Shown: positions 9,592 to 20,400 of the stretch, piece by piece
Layout of the letters: every line of letters begins with the position of its first letter
How positions within the stretch are numbered: position 1 is the stretch's first letter
From: Acidobacteriota bacterium
GTDB lineage: Bacteria > Acidobacteriota > UBA890 > WLXD01
DNA length: 64,000 nt
NCBI GenBank assembly: GCA_965248695.1
Contig: CBDFKD010000002.1
Coordinates: 480,001 to 544,000, forward strand
Direction of reading: 5' to 3'
Program-made: the position numbers and the translations under genes
The notes under the pieces: model-generated
Seen by the model: only the letters and a program-made list of their open reading frames with translations
What the model was told of the DNA's origin: nothing
The model's database searches: none

Positions 9592-11235
9592 ATGGCGAAT
9601 CTGCATACCAGATCCGGAACTCAGGTGGGATGGTGGAGCGGGCCCGCCGCGAGCGTGCACTCCGGTTCAGGCGACCTTTCCGAGGGCCTGGCCCGCATAG
9701 GCCGCCCCCTCTATCTGCTCGACTACGGCGACTCGCTCGCCTTCTCCCACGAGGGCCGGGGCGAGCTGGGCGTTGGCCACGGCGGGGACGGCGTTCCGCT
9801 CCTGGCCGTCGCGCCGGTATGCCGGCCGGGGCATCTCGGCTCCGCGAGCTTTGCCCGTGACCACGGCGTGCGCTACTGCTACCTGGCCGGGGCCATGGCC
9901 AACGGAATCGCCTCCGCGGAGCTGGTGGAGTCGATGGGCCGGGCGGGAATGCTCGCCTTCTTCGGCGCCGCGGGGCTCGATCCAGGAGCGGTCGAGGACG
10001 CCATCGATCGCATCTCTACGCGCCTCGGCAACCTGCCCTGGGGCTTCAATCTGATCCACAGCCCCTACGAGCAGCAGCTGGAGGAGGAGGTGGCCGACCT
10101 GTATGCGCGCAGGGGTGTCAAACGCGTGTCGGCCTCAGCGTACATGGACCTGACGCTGCCGCTGGTGCGCTACCGGCTGCACGGCATCCAGGCGGACGCA
10201 TCGGGCCGTGTGATGGCGCCGAATCGCATCGTGGCCAAGGTGTCGCGCATCGAAGTGGCGCGGAAGTTCCTCGCACCCGCCCCCGCCAAGATGGTAGCGG
10301 AGCTGGTCTCCCGAGGCGAACTGTCGGACGAGCAGGCTCGCATGGCCGAGTCCATTCCGGTGGCTCAGGACCTCACCGTCGAGGCGGACTCGGGCGGTCA
10401 CACCGACAACCAGTCCGCCATCACCCTCCTTCCCACGATGCTTGCTCTGCGCGATCGGCTACAGGCAGAGCACGGCTACACCGTTCCCTTGAGGGTGGGT
10501 GCCGCGGGAGGCATGTCGACGCCACATTCGGTGGCAGCGGCCTTCGCCATGGGAGCCGACTACGTCGTCACGGGATCGGTCAACCAGGCCTGTCGGGAAG
10601 CCGGGACCTCTGACCCGGTCCGACGCATGTTGGCGCAGGCGGAGCAGGCCGACGTCACCATGGCTCCCGCCGCCGACATGTTCGAGATGGGGGTCAGGTT
10701 GCAGGTGCTCAAGCGGGGGACGATGTTCCCAATGCGAGCACGGCGCCTATATGATCTGTACCGTGCCCATGCGGGGCTCGAGGACATTCCCGACGACGAA
10801 CGGAAGAACCTCGAAAGCACGATTTTCCGTACCTCATTGGATGAGGTTTGGGCTGAGACACGGCGCTTCTGGGCTCAGCGTGATTCGGCACACGTCGAGA
10901 GGGCCGGACGCGATCGGAAGCATCGGATGGCGCTGGTTTTTCGGTGGTACCTCGGCATGTCTTCCCGCTGGGCCAACAGCGGTGAGCCGGGCCGCGAGAT
11001 CGACTATCAGGTCTGGTGTGGACCGGCCATGGGTGCTTTCAACGAATGGGTTCGAGGCAGCTTTCTGGAGTCCTGGGAGGGTCGGCGCGTCGTCAACGTC
11101 GCCCATAACATGTTGTACGGGGCGGCGGTCATGACCAGGGCCAATGCTCTGCGAAGCCAGGGGATCGAGCTTCCCGCCGACAGTGTGGACGTCAGACCCC
11201 GGGAAGCTGACGAACTCGAGGAACTGCTGTCTTGA
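9592..11235 (+). CDS. pfaD: PUFA synthase enoyl-ACP reductase (FabK/NPD-like TIM barrel)
   Basis: YLAGAMANGIAS, GFNLIHSP, VAKVSRIEVA, VEADSGGHTDN, APAADMFEMGVRLQVLKRGTMFP, YQVWCGPAMGAFN. Confidence 0.95.
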   Translation: MANLHTRSGTQVGWWSGPAASVHSGSGDLSEGLARIGRPLYLLDYGDSLAFSHEGRGELGVGHGGDGVPLLAVAPVCRPGHLGSASFARDHGVRYCYLAGAMANGIASAELVESMGRAGMLAFFGAAGLDPGAVEDAIDRISTRLGNLPWGFNLIHSPYEQQLEEEVADLYARRGVKRVSASAYMDLTLPLVRYRLHGIQADASGRVMAPNRIVAKVSRIEVARKFLAPAPAKMVAELVSRGELSDEQARMAESIPVAQDLTVEADSGGHTDNQSAITLLPTMLALRDRLQAEHGYTVPLRVGAAGGMSTPHSVAAAFAMGADYVVTGSVNQACREAGTSDPVRRMLAQAEQADVTMAPAADMFEMGVRLQVLKRGTMFPMRARRLYDLYRAHAGLEDIPDDERKNLESTIFRTSLDEVWAETRRFWAQRDSAHVERAGRDRKHRMALVFRWYLGMSSRWANSGEPGREIDYQVWCGPAMGAFNEWVRGSFLESWEGRRVVNVAHNMLYGAAVMTRANALRSQGIELPADSVDVRPREADELEELLS

Positions 11236-14200
11236 GCGATCGGAACGAAGATCGGGCCGCGGCCCAGTCCCCCATTGCCATCGTAGGCATCGCTTGCCTC
11301 TTCCCGCGAGCGGGCAGCCTGCAGGAGTACTGGGCGAACATACGCGACGGCTTCGACGCGATCACCGAGGTACCGGAAGGGCACTGGAAGCTCTCCGACT
11401 ACTTCGACGCCGATCCCAAGGCTCCGGACATGACCTACGGCCAACGGGGCGGGTTTCTCGATCCCGTCGACTTCGAACCGATGGCGTTCGGCATCTCCCC
11501 CCGTGATCTCGAGGCGACTGACACGACGCAGTTGCTGGGCCTGCACGTGGCCCGGGAGGCCCTGCGGGACGCGGGGTACGGCCCAGAGCACCGCGAGTTC
11601 GACCGCGACCGCACCAGCGTCATCCTGGGGGTGACCGGAACGCTGCCCCTGGTGATTCCCCTGGGAGGGCGCCTCGGCCACCCGATCTGGCGCCAGGCCC
11701 TGGAAGAGGCCGGAGTCGATCCGGAGACCAGCGAGGACGTGATCCGGCGTATCGCCGAGGGCTACGTGCCATGGCAGGAGAACTCCTTCCCGGGGCTCCT
11801 GGCCAACGTCGTGGCGGGGCGCATCGCCAATCGACTCGATCTGCACGGCACCAACTGCGTCGTCGACGCCGCTTGCGCCTCTTCGCTGAGCGCCATCCAC
11901 CTCGCGGCCCTCGAGCTCGAGGCCGGCCGGGCCGACATGGTCCTGAGCGGTGGACTCGACGCGTTCAACGACATCTTCATGTACATGTGCTTCTCCAAGA
12001 CGCCGGCGCTCTCGGCCTCGGGCAACGCACAGCCGTTCAACCAGGACGCCGACGGCACCGTTCTGGGCGAGGGCGTGGGCATCGTGGTGCTCAAGCGCCT
12101 GAGCGACGCGGAGCGGGACGACGATCGTATCTATGCGGTGATCAAGGGCCTGGGATCCTCCAGCGACGGCAAGGGGCAGGCGGTCTACTCGCCTTCCCCG
12201 GAGGGACAGGCGCGGGCGCTCCAGGCCGCCTACCGCAACGCCGGAGTCAGCCCGGCCACCGTCGAGCTGGTCGAGGCGCACGGAACCGGGACCCGCGTCG
12301 GAGACGCCACCGAGGCCACAGGCCTCACCACCGTCTACCGCGAGGCCGTCGAAGCGGGGACCTGGTGCGCACTCGGCTCGGTCAAGTCGATGATCGGCCA
12401 CACCAAGGCGGCGGCGGGGGCGGCGGGCCTGATCAAGGCGGTCATGGCGCTGCACCACAAGATCCTGCCGCCGACCATCAAGGTGGAGAGCCCCAACGAA
12501 GCAGTCGCTCCCGGTGAGACCCCGTTCTACGTGAACACCGAGGTGCGGCCTTGGCTGTCCAGGAGCGCTCACCCACGCCGAGCGGGCGTCAGCGCCTTCG
12601 GGTTCGGGGGGAGCAACTTCCACTGCGTGGTCGAGGAGTACGAGTCGCAGCTCGCACAGACGGACTGGGACGGCCACGTCCAGATCCTGGCGTTTTCCGC
12701 AGACGACCGTGCCGTCCTGACGAAACAGCTGCATGACTTCGATACGGAGTGTGCCTGGGACGAGATCCGCGGGGGAGCCGCCGAGAGCCGCGCCTGCTTC
12801 GACGCGGCCGCCGCCGTGCGTCTGCTCCTGGTCGTGGAACGCCACGGCACGCCCGTGGTCGACATGATCTCGATGGCCCTGTCGCAATTGAAGGACGAAC
12901 GGATGGCCTGGGCGATGCCGCAGGGCATCTACTTCGGAACGGGCCCCGCCAAGGGAACGTGGGCCGCCTGCTTCCCCGGCCAGGGCGCGCAGTACGTCGG
13001 AATGCTGCGGGAGCTGGTGTGCCGTTTCCCAGTGGCCGCCGACACGCTGACCGCCGCGATGGAGGTGACTCCCGAGCTGGCGGACAGGATCTACCCGCAC
13101 CCCGCCTTCGACGACCGCACACGCGCCGAACAGGAAGCGCAGCTACGGGAGACGCAGATCGCCCAACCGGCCATCGGCGCGGTGAGCCTGGGGGCGCTCG
13201 GAGTGCTCGAGCAGTTCGGGCTCTCCCCGGACGCCACCTGTGGGCACAGCTACGGCGAGTTGGTCGCGCTGTGCGCGGCGGGTCGAATGCGCCCCATGGA
13301 GCTGCACGTGGTCTCGCGGCGCCGGGGCGAGCTCATGGCCTCCGGCAACGGTGACCGAGGCTCGATGCTCGCGGTCGCCGCCGAGCTGACCTGGGTCGAG
13401 CAGTTCCTCAAAACCCACGACTTCGACCTGGTCGTCGCCAACCACAACGCGCCCCAGCAGGCGGTGCTCTCGGGGCTGACGTGCGACATCGAGCGGGCGC
13501 AGGATCTACTGTGCCGTGAAGAGGTCAACGTGAAGCGGCTCCCGGTGGCGGCCGCTTTCCACAGTAGCCTGGTGGCGCAAGCGGGAGCGCCCTTCGCCGA
13601 GAGCTTGATGAGTATCGAGCTACCCGGCGGCGCCGTGCCGGTATACGCGAGCGCCACGGGGACCGCGTACCCGGAGTGCTCGGCGGACGCCCGCGCGCTC
13701 TTGGCCAGCCAGCTGACCTCCCGGGTGGACTTCGTGCGATGCGTGAGATCGATGTTCGATGACGGCGTGCGCACCTTCGTGGAGGTAGGTCCCGGCCGCA
13801 GGCTGTGTGCCCTGATCGACGAGATCCTCGCGGACGAGGACGTCACCTCGGTGGCCATCGACGCCTCGGTCGGGCACCGAGCGGGATTCGTGGACTTGGG
13901 TCGCACGCTCGCACAGTTGGCCGCGAACGGGCACTCGGTTGCCTTGAACAGGTGGGATGAGTGCGCCTTGGAGGCGTGGCAGCGCAGGCTCGCTCTTGCC
14001 AAGCCGGCCATGACTGTGAGGATCAGCGGCGCCAACCACGTCGAGCCGCGGCCCAAGAGGTCCCCGCGGGCGGCGGCGCCCAGCGCATCATCGAGATGCA
14101 GGCCGGAGGCGGCATCATCATCGGCACCCGTTACCTCGGACCCGCAGGTGCTGGCCGCGGCCATGAACGCCAGCGCGGCGAGCCTCGCCGCGCTGGTTCG

Positions 14201-17200
14201 CTTGCAGGAGAAGACGGCCGAGGTGCACCGGCGGTTCCTGGAGTTCCAGGAGCGCTCGATCCAGGCGATCGTTGGCCAGCAGGGCTCCCCGGTGTCCGAG
14301 CAGAACCCGGCGCTGCCCCCCAGTGTGACGCCCCCGCCACCCCAGGTGGCGACTCCGTCACCGGGTCTGGCGACGACAGCAATACCTGCACCGCCGATAC
14401 CCGATCAGGCCGAGCAGGCTGACGACGTTGCCGCGGTGCTGCTCTCCGTGGTCTCCGAGACGACCGGCTACTCGGAGGAGATGCTCGAGTTGTCGATGGA
14501 CCTGGACGCTGACCTCGGCATCGACTCGATCAAGCGGGTCGAGATCCTGTCTGCCCTCCAGAAAAGGCTACCGGACGCCTCGAGCATCGAGCCCGAGCAC
14601 CTCGGCGAGATCCGAACGCTGGGTCAGATCGTCGAGTTCCTGGGCGCAAGCGCTGCGGCACCGGCCAACGAGGGGGTCGACGTCGGCGAGCTATCGCAGG
14701 TCCTGCTGAGCGTGGTTGCCGACAAGACCGGATACCCGGTGGACATGTTGGACCTGTCGATGAACCTGGACGCGGATCTGGGCATCGATTCCATCAAGCA
14801 GGTGGAGATTCTGGCGGGGCTGCAGGAGGCGCTGCCCGACGCTCCGGCGGTGGCGCCAGACCAATTGGGCGAGTTGCGCACGCTCGGCCAGATTGTTGAA
14901 GTGCTGTCAAACGGAGCGGGATCGTCCGGCGACACGAAGCGCGGCGCGTCTTCACGATCAGGTGCCTCCCGCGCGGAGGTTCTGACCAAACCGGCCGGCG
15001 CGATCGTCGCCGAGCCGGCGCGGGCAAAGCCGGTTACCGTACCCACCCCCGAGCAGGCTCCGCCGACCACGGTCGGCGTCGAGCGCCTGGTCCCGACGCT
15101 CCGGCCCGTGGATGCCCCCACCGAACCCATCGACCTGCCCGTCGGCTCCAGGATCTGGGTCACCAGGAGCGTCGACGTGCTCTCGGGGCAGATCGTCGAA
15201 GAGCTGAGCGCGCGGGGCTTTGCGGCCGAAGAGGTGGAGCTGGCCGAAGAGATGCACAACCCGCCCGATGAGCTGGCGGGCCTGATCGTCGTCGTTCCTC
15301 CTCAGGTCACGGACGAGGACATCCTCTTCGGCTTCGGACGCGTGCGCATGATGGCGCCGGTCCTGCGCCGTGCCGCAGTGCAGGGTGGAACCCTCCTGTG
15401 CACGGTGACCTGCCTGGGCGGCGGCTTCGCACTCGACGCCCCTCCGCCTGAAGACGTCGATCCTACGGGCGCGGGCTGGGGAGGAATGCTCAAGACTGCC
15501 GCGGTCGAGTGGACCGACGTCAACTGCAGGGCAGTCGACGTCGATCTGACGCGGGACGGCCTGGCGGCCGAGGTCGTGAAACACGTGCTGGCCAAGGGAC
15601 CAACGGAGATCGGCCTGGGAAGCCACGGGCCACGAACCGTGGTGCTGGAATCGCACCCCGTAGAGCCCGCTGAGCAGCCCGTCCTGGGTTCGGACGACCT
15701 GGTGGTGATCACGGGTGGAGCGCGCGGGGTGACCGCTGAAGTCGCCGTGGCGCTGGCCGAGGCCGGACAGCCCCGGCTCATCCTGCTGGGCCGCAGCGCG
15801 GAGCCGACCGTAGAGCCCGACTGGCTGGTCGGCCTCGAGAGCGAGCCAGAGATCAAGCGCGCCATCATGGAGCGTGCCGAAGGCGCCATCAGCCCCCAGT
15901 CGGTCGAGGCGGAGTTCGCCCGAGTATCGGCCAGCAGGGAGATCCTGCACAACGTTGCCCGCGTTGCCGCGGCCGGCTCCAAGGTCGCCTATTGCTCCGT
16001 GGACGTTCGCGAGACCGAAGCGGTGCGCGCGTGTCTCGCGCCGCTCGTCGAACAGTACGGCCCGGTCACCGGGCTGGTCCACGGCGCCGGGGTGCTCGCG
16101 GACCGCAACATCGAGGACAAGACCGACGAGGATTTCGCCTCGGTCTACGACACCAAGGTCGGGGGCTTGCGTGTCCTGCTCGCGGCGTTGGATGACGCCC
16201 CGCTGAAGGCATTGGTGCTGTTCTCGTCCTCCACAGCCCGCTTTGGGCGCCGAGGTCAGGTCGACTATGCCGCGGCCAACGAGGTGCTCAACAAGCTGGC
16301 CCAGGTCGAGGCCACGCGCCGCAACGGATGCCGAGTGGTCTCGGTCAACTGGGGTCCCTGGGACGGCGGCATGGTCACGCCGGCGCTCAAGAGCATGTTC
16401 GAGTCCGAGGGCATCGAGGTCATCGGGCTGCAGAGCGGTGCACGCTACCTCGTTGACGAGATCGCCGCCGCCGATGGGCCGACCGAGGTGCTGATCCTCG
16501 GCTCCGGATCGGAACTGCCCGACCAACGGCCGGCGGAGACGGTCGTCCCGGGCGCTGACGATGAGCTTCTGCTGGTCTTCGAGCGCACACTCGCCACGGA
16601 AACCCACGAGTTCATGGCCTCTCACGTCCTCAACGGGCATGCGGTCCTGCCGGTGGCCATGACGCTGGAGTGGCTCGCCCACGGCGCGCTGCACGGCAAT
16701 CCCGGGCTGTGCTTCGTCGGCGTGGACGACCTGAGGATTTTCAAGGGCGTGCTGCTCGAGCCCGGAGAGTCCCGCCGTGTGCGCGTGTGCGCGGCGCCCG
16801 CACGCAGCCAAGGAGACGACTTCCTGGTCACGGCCGAGCTCTGCAGCGGCGGCAGCCACCGGCGCCGCGTGCTGCACGCCCGAGCCCAGATCGTGCTGGC
16901 CTCTCGCCAACCCGATCCCGCCGCCGCCACCGCGTCGGCTGACCTGCCCGCGCTCGGGCAGTCCATCGACAACATCTATTCCGAGACGCTGTTCCACGGG
17001 CCGGCCATGCGCGGGCTGATCGACGTCGAGAGCTGTGGAGACGAGGGCCTGGTCGCCCGCTGCCGCGTCGCGCCCCCACCCCGCGACTGGATGCACGAGC
17101 CGGTACGCGGCCGCTGGATCGCCGATCCGCTCGTGCTCGACAGCGCTCTTCAGGCAATGATCGTGTGGACGTCGGACCGGGTCGGAGAGGCGTCCCTGCC

Positions 17201-17435
17201 GTCGAGGCTAACTAGCTATCGGCAGTTCGTTCCGCACTTCCCCGAGAGCGGAGCGCGCATCGTAATCAAGGTGCGGGACCGGAACAACGGGCTGGTCGTA
17301 TCGGACATCGACTGGGTCGGTGAGGATGGGAGCTTGCTCGCCCGCTTGGAGGGGTACGAGTCCGTGGTGGATTCCTCTCTGGACTCGGCGTTCCGCAAGA
17401 ACCGACTCGGCGAAGTCACGCCCACGCGGGCTTGA
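11232..17435 (+). CDS. pfaA: PUFA synthase subunit A: KS-MAT-ACP-ACP-KR-DH(PKS)
   Basis: KS (VDAACASS, EAHGTGT, IGHTK); AT (GHSYG, AFHS); two ACPs (LGIDSIKRVEI, LGIDSIKQVEI); KR (ITGGARGVT, HGAGVLAD, YAAAN); DH (HVLNGHAVLP). TTG start overlaps the pfaD stop. Confidence 0.95.
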   Translation: MSDRNEDRAAAQSPIAIVGIACLFPRAGSLQEYWANIRDGFDAITEVPEGHWKLSDYFDADPKAPDMTYGQRGGFLDPVDFEPMAFGISPRDLEATDTTQLLGLHVAREALRDAGYGPEHREFDRDRTSVILGVTGTLPLVIPLGGRLGHPIWRQALEEAGVDPETSEDVIRRIAEGYVPWQENSFPGLLANVVAGRIANRLDLHGTNCVVDAACASSLSAIHLAALELEAGRADMVLSGGLDAFNDIFMYMCFSKTPALSASGNAQPFNQDADGTVLGEGVGIVVLKRLSDAERDDDRIYAVIKGLGSSSDGKGQAVYSPSPEGQARALQAAYRNAGVSPATVELVEAHGTGTRVGDATEATGLTTVYREAVEAGTWCALGSVKSMIGHTKAAAGAAGLIKAVMALHHKILPPTIKVESPNEAVAPGETPFYVNTEVRPWLSRSAHPRRAGVSAFGFGGSNFHCVVEEYESQLAQTDWDGHVQILAFSADDRAVLTKQLHDFDTECAWDEIRGGAAESRACFDAAAAVRLLLVVERHGTPVVDMISMALSQLKDERMAWAMPQGIYFGTGPAKGTWAACFPGQGAQYVGMLRELVCRFPVAADTLTAAMEVTPELADRIYPHPAFDDRTRAEQEAQLRETQIAQPAIGAVSLGALGVLEQFGLSPDATCGHSYGELVALCAAGRMRPMELHVVSRRRGELMASGNGDRGSMLAVAAELTWVEQFLKTHDFDLVVANHNAPQQAVLSGLTCDIERAQDLLCREEVNVKRLPVAAAFHSSLVAQAGAPFAESLMSIELPGGAVPVYASATGTAYPECSADARALLASQLTSRVDFVRCVRSMFDDGVRTFVEVGPGRRLCALIDEILADEDVTSVAIDASVGHRAGFVDLGRTLAQLAANGHSVALNRWDECALEAWQRRLALAKPAMTVRISGANHVEPRPKRSPRAAAPSASSRCRPEAASSSAPVTSDPQVLAAAMNASAASLAALVRLQEKTAEVHRRFLEFQERSIQAIVGQQGSPVSEQNPALPPSVTPPPPQVATPSPGLATTAIPAPPIPDQAEQADDVAAVLLSVVSETTGYSEEMLELSMDLDADLGIDSIKRVEILSALQKRLPDASSIEPEHLGEIRTLGQIVEFLGASAAAPANEGVDVGELSQVLLSVVADKTGYPVDMLDLSMNLDADLGIDSIKQVEILAGLQEALPDAPAVAPDQLGELRTLGQIVEVLSNGAGSSGDTKRGASSRSGASRAEVLTKPAGAIVAEPARAKPVTVPTPEQAPPTTVGVERLVPTLRPVDAPTEPIDLPVGSRIWVTRSVDVLSGQIVEELSARGFAAEEVELAEEMHNPPDELAGLIVVVPPQVTDEDILFGFGRVRMMAPVLRRAAVQGGTLLCTVTCLGGGFALDAPPPEDVDPTGAGWGGMLKTAAVEWTDVNCRAVDVDLTRDGLAAEVVKHVLAKGPTEIGLGSHGPRTVVLESHPVEPAEQPVLGSDDLVVITGGARGVTAEVAVALAEAGQPRLILLGRSAEPTVEPDWLVGLESEPEIKRAIMERAEGAISPQSVEAEFARVSASREILHNVARVAAAGSKVAYCSVDVRETEAVRACLAPLVEQYGPVTGLVHGAGVLADRNIEDKTDEDFASVYDTKVGGLRVLLAALDDAPLKALVLFSSSTARFGRRGQVDYAAANEVLNKLAQVEATRRNGCRVVSVNWGPWDGGMVTPALKSMFESEGIEVIGLQSGARYLVDEIAAADGPTEVLILGSGSELPDQRPAETVVPGADDELLLVFERTLATETHEFMASHVLNGHAVLPVAMTLEWLAHGALHGNPGLCFVGVDDLRIFKGVLLEPGESRRVRVCAAPARSQGDDFLVTAELCSGGSHRRRVLHARAQIVLASRQPDPAAATASADLPALGQSIDNIYSETLFHGPAMRGLIDVESCGDEGLVARCRVAPPPRDWMHEPVRGRWIADPLVLDSALQAMIVWTSDRVGEASLPSRLTSYRQFVPHFPESGARIVIKVRDRNNGLVVSDIDWVGEDGSLLARLEGYESVVDSSLDSAFRKNRLGEVTPTRA
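14430..14910 (+). repeat. Tandem duplicated ACP-coding units within pfaA
   Basis: Two similar ~75-codon units: VLLSVV(S/A)(E/D)xTGY...LSM(D/N)LDADLGIDSIK.VEIL..LQ..LPDA...LGE.RTLGQIVE; boundaries approximate. Confidence 0.8.
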
Positions 17436-17447
17436 CAGCGGCAGGCC

Positions 17448-20400
17448 ATGACACGCGAGCCGATCGCTATCGTCGGACTCGGCGGAGTGCTCCCCGGCGC
17501 TCCCACCCTGGATAACTTCTGGCAGGTTGTCGAGGGAGGTGTCGACACTGCCTCCGAGCCCCCGGCCGGACGCTGGCCGCTGGAGCTCGATCTCGCCTAC
17601 CATCTCGACCATGCTCGGGCCGACCGGGTCTACTCGCGTCGCGCCTGCTTCGTTCGGGACTTCCGGCTGGACCCGACCGGACTGGACCTGCCGCCTGACC
17701 TGCTCGACGCCTTGGATCCCATGGTGCACCTGGCGCTGCATGCGGGGCGAGAAGCCTGGCACGAGGCGGTCGCCGAGCCCGTAGATCCGCGCCGGGTCGG
17801 CGTGATGCTGGGCAACATCGTGCTCCCCACGGCGGCGGTGTCGGCCATGGCCGACTGGATCCTCGGGCGTCGCTTCGAGAGGGAGCTTTTTCGGGCCGCT
17901 GGCGTACCCACGCCTCCCGAGACCAGATCTCCGGTGAGCGCCGTCAACCGCTGGGTAGCGGGCCTCCCGGCGGCCATGCTGGCGCGGGCCTTGGGGCTCG
18001 GCGGAGAGCGCCTCTGCCTCGACGCCGCCTGCGCCTCCTCGCTCTTTGCGGTTGGGCTGGCGGTCGACGCCCTGCGCAGCGGGCGCCTGGACGCGGTGCT
18101 CGCCGGCGGCCTGTCGCGGCCCGACTCGCTGTACACGCAGATGGGCTTCTCACAGCTGCTGGCGGTCTCGCCCACCGGTCGCTGCGCGCCCTTCGACCGT
18201 AAGGCCGACGGGCTGGTCGTGGGCGAGGGGGCGGGTGTGCTCGCCCTCAAACGACTGTCGGACGCGCTGGCGCACGGAGACCGCATACGGGCCCTGGTTC
18301 ACAGCGTCGGCCTCTCCAACGACGTCGAGGGCAGCCTGCTCGCGCCCAGTCGGGAAGGTCAGCTCCGGGCCATGGCTGATGTCTACCGGGCGGCGGGGTG
18401 GCGGCCAAGCAACGTTGATCTGGTGGAGTGTCACGCTACCGGTACCCCGGTGGGAGACGCTGTCGAGTTCGCTAGCTTGCAGGCGCTTTGGGAAGAGGAG
18501 GACGCCTCTCCGGGCGCCTGCGTGATCGGCTCGGTCAAGTCGAACACCGGCCACCTCCTGACGGGCGCGGGTGCGGTGGGCATGCTCAAGACCGTACTGG
18601 CCCTGGAGCATGGCGTGCTGCCGCCGACCGCCAACTTCGAGCAGGCCGGCGACAACGTCGAGCTGGCCGGCAGCCCGTTCCGCGTCTTGCAGCGGGCAGA
18701 GCCGTGGCCTTCCCCCTCCGGCCACCCCCGCCGGGCGGCGGTCAGCGGCTTCGGCTTCGGTGGCACCAACGCCCACGTGCTCTTGGAAGAGGCGGTGGAA
18801 CCGTCGCGCGTGGCGGTCTCAGTTAGCCTGCCGGAGCGACCTCCCGACCCGGACGTGGTCATCGTCGGCCTGGGCGCCCGCATCGGACCCTGGCGCGATT
18901 TGACCGCGGTGCGGCAGCGCATGTTCGGCCGCGGCGAGGACCACGCGGCCGCGCCCAAGCGACACCACTGGGGTATCCCGGACGCTCCGGTGGGGTGGTT
19001 CATCGAAGAGCTGGAGATCCCGTTCGGACGCTTCAAGATTCCGCCGCGCGAGATCGAGGATGCGCTTCCGCAGCAGATTCTGATGCTACAGGTGGCCGAG
19101 CGCGCCATTGCGGACACCTGCCTCGATGACGTCGAGCGGCTCCGCACCGGGGTGTTCGTGGGCGTCGAGCTCGACCTCAACACGACCAACTACCACCTGC
19201 GCTGGTCGGTGCGGGCGCGTGCCGCCGACTGGGCCCGGCGGCTCGGCCGTCCCGCCGAGGGCGAGGAGTTCGAGCGTTGGGCCGACGGGCTGTGCGACGC
19301 GATCGGCCCGGCGCTCAACGCCAACCGGACCATCGGCGGCCTCGGCTCCATCGTTGCCAGTCGCGTGGCGCGCGAGTTCGGCCTGGGAGGGCCGAGCTAC
19401 GTGCTCTCCAGCGAGGAGACCTCTGGCCTGAGCGCTCTGCGCGCGGCTACCCGCGCGCTCCAGCGTGGCCGCCTCGATTGCGCCCTCGTCGGGGCCGTCG
19501 ACTTTTCCGGAGACGTGCGCTCGCTGCTGTCCCTCTCCAGCGCCGAGGGCTTCTCGACGGACGGCGGCCCGGACTCCTTCGAGGCAGGCGCGGACGGGAT
19601 CGTGCCCAGTGATGGAGCGGTGGCCCTGGTGCTCAAACGTGAGCGCGACGCGCGGCGCGACGGAGATCGGATCTATGCGATCGTCCGCGGCATCGGAAGC
19701 GCGGGGGGCGACCTGGAGCACGCGTGCGACCAGGCGATCCGGTGTGGATGCGAGGCCGCCGGTGTCTCGCCGCGCGAGCTCGCCTACGTCGAGTCGGATG
19801 GAAACGGCGCGGGACGCCAGGACCGGGTCGAGGCTGCCGTCCTGAGACGAACCTTCCCGGCCGATACCCTCAACGGCTGCGCCAAGGCCCGCGTGGGAAA
19901 CGTGGGTGCGGCCGCGGGTCTGGTGTCCGTCCTTGGCGCCACGCTGTCGCTCTACCACCAGATGCTGCCGCCGGCAGGCCCAACCGGGCGGGGCCCCGGC
20001 GAGCCAGAACTCACCCATTTGCGCCAGCCTCACCCGTGGGTGCGAGACCAGATCGACGGTCCGCGGCGGGCGGGCGTGCTGGCACGCGCGCGTTCGGGTG
20101 CCTGTGCCTATGTCGTATTGCAGGAGTCCGACCGCGGGGCTCAGAAGGACGACTTGGCCCAGCCGCTCGGACCGACGCCGGAGGGGCTCTTCGTGGTCGA
20201 GGCCGACGACGCCGACAGCCTGACGGTTGGCCTGCGGCGCCTCTCGGCGTTTGCGTCCGGCGGTGAGGATCGCCCCGTGGCGTACCTCGCCGAGAGCTGG
20301 TGGCGGGAGCGGCCTCTGCGCGCGGAGGCCCCGCTGGGTGTCACCTTGGTCGCTCGAAACGCCTCTGAGCTGGAGAGCCTAGCCGGCACCGCAGCCGACC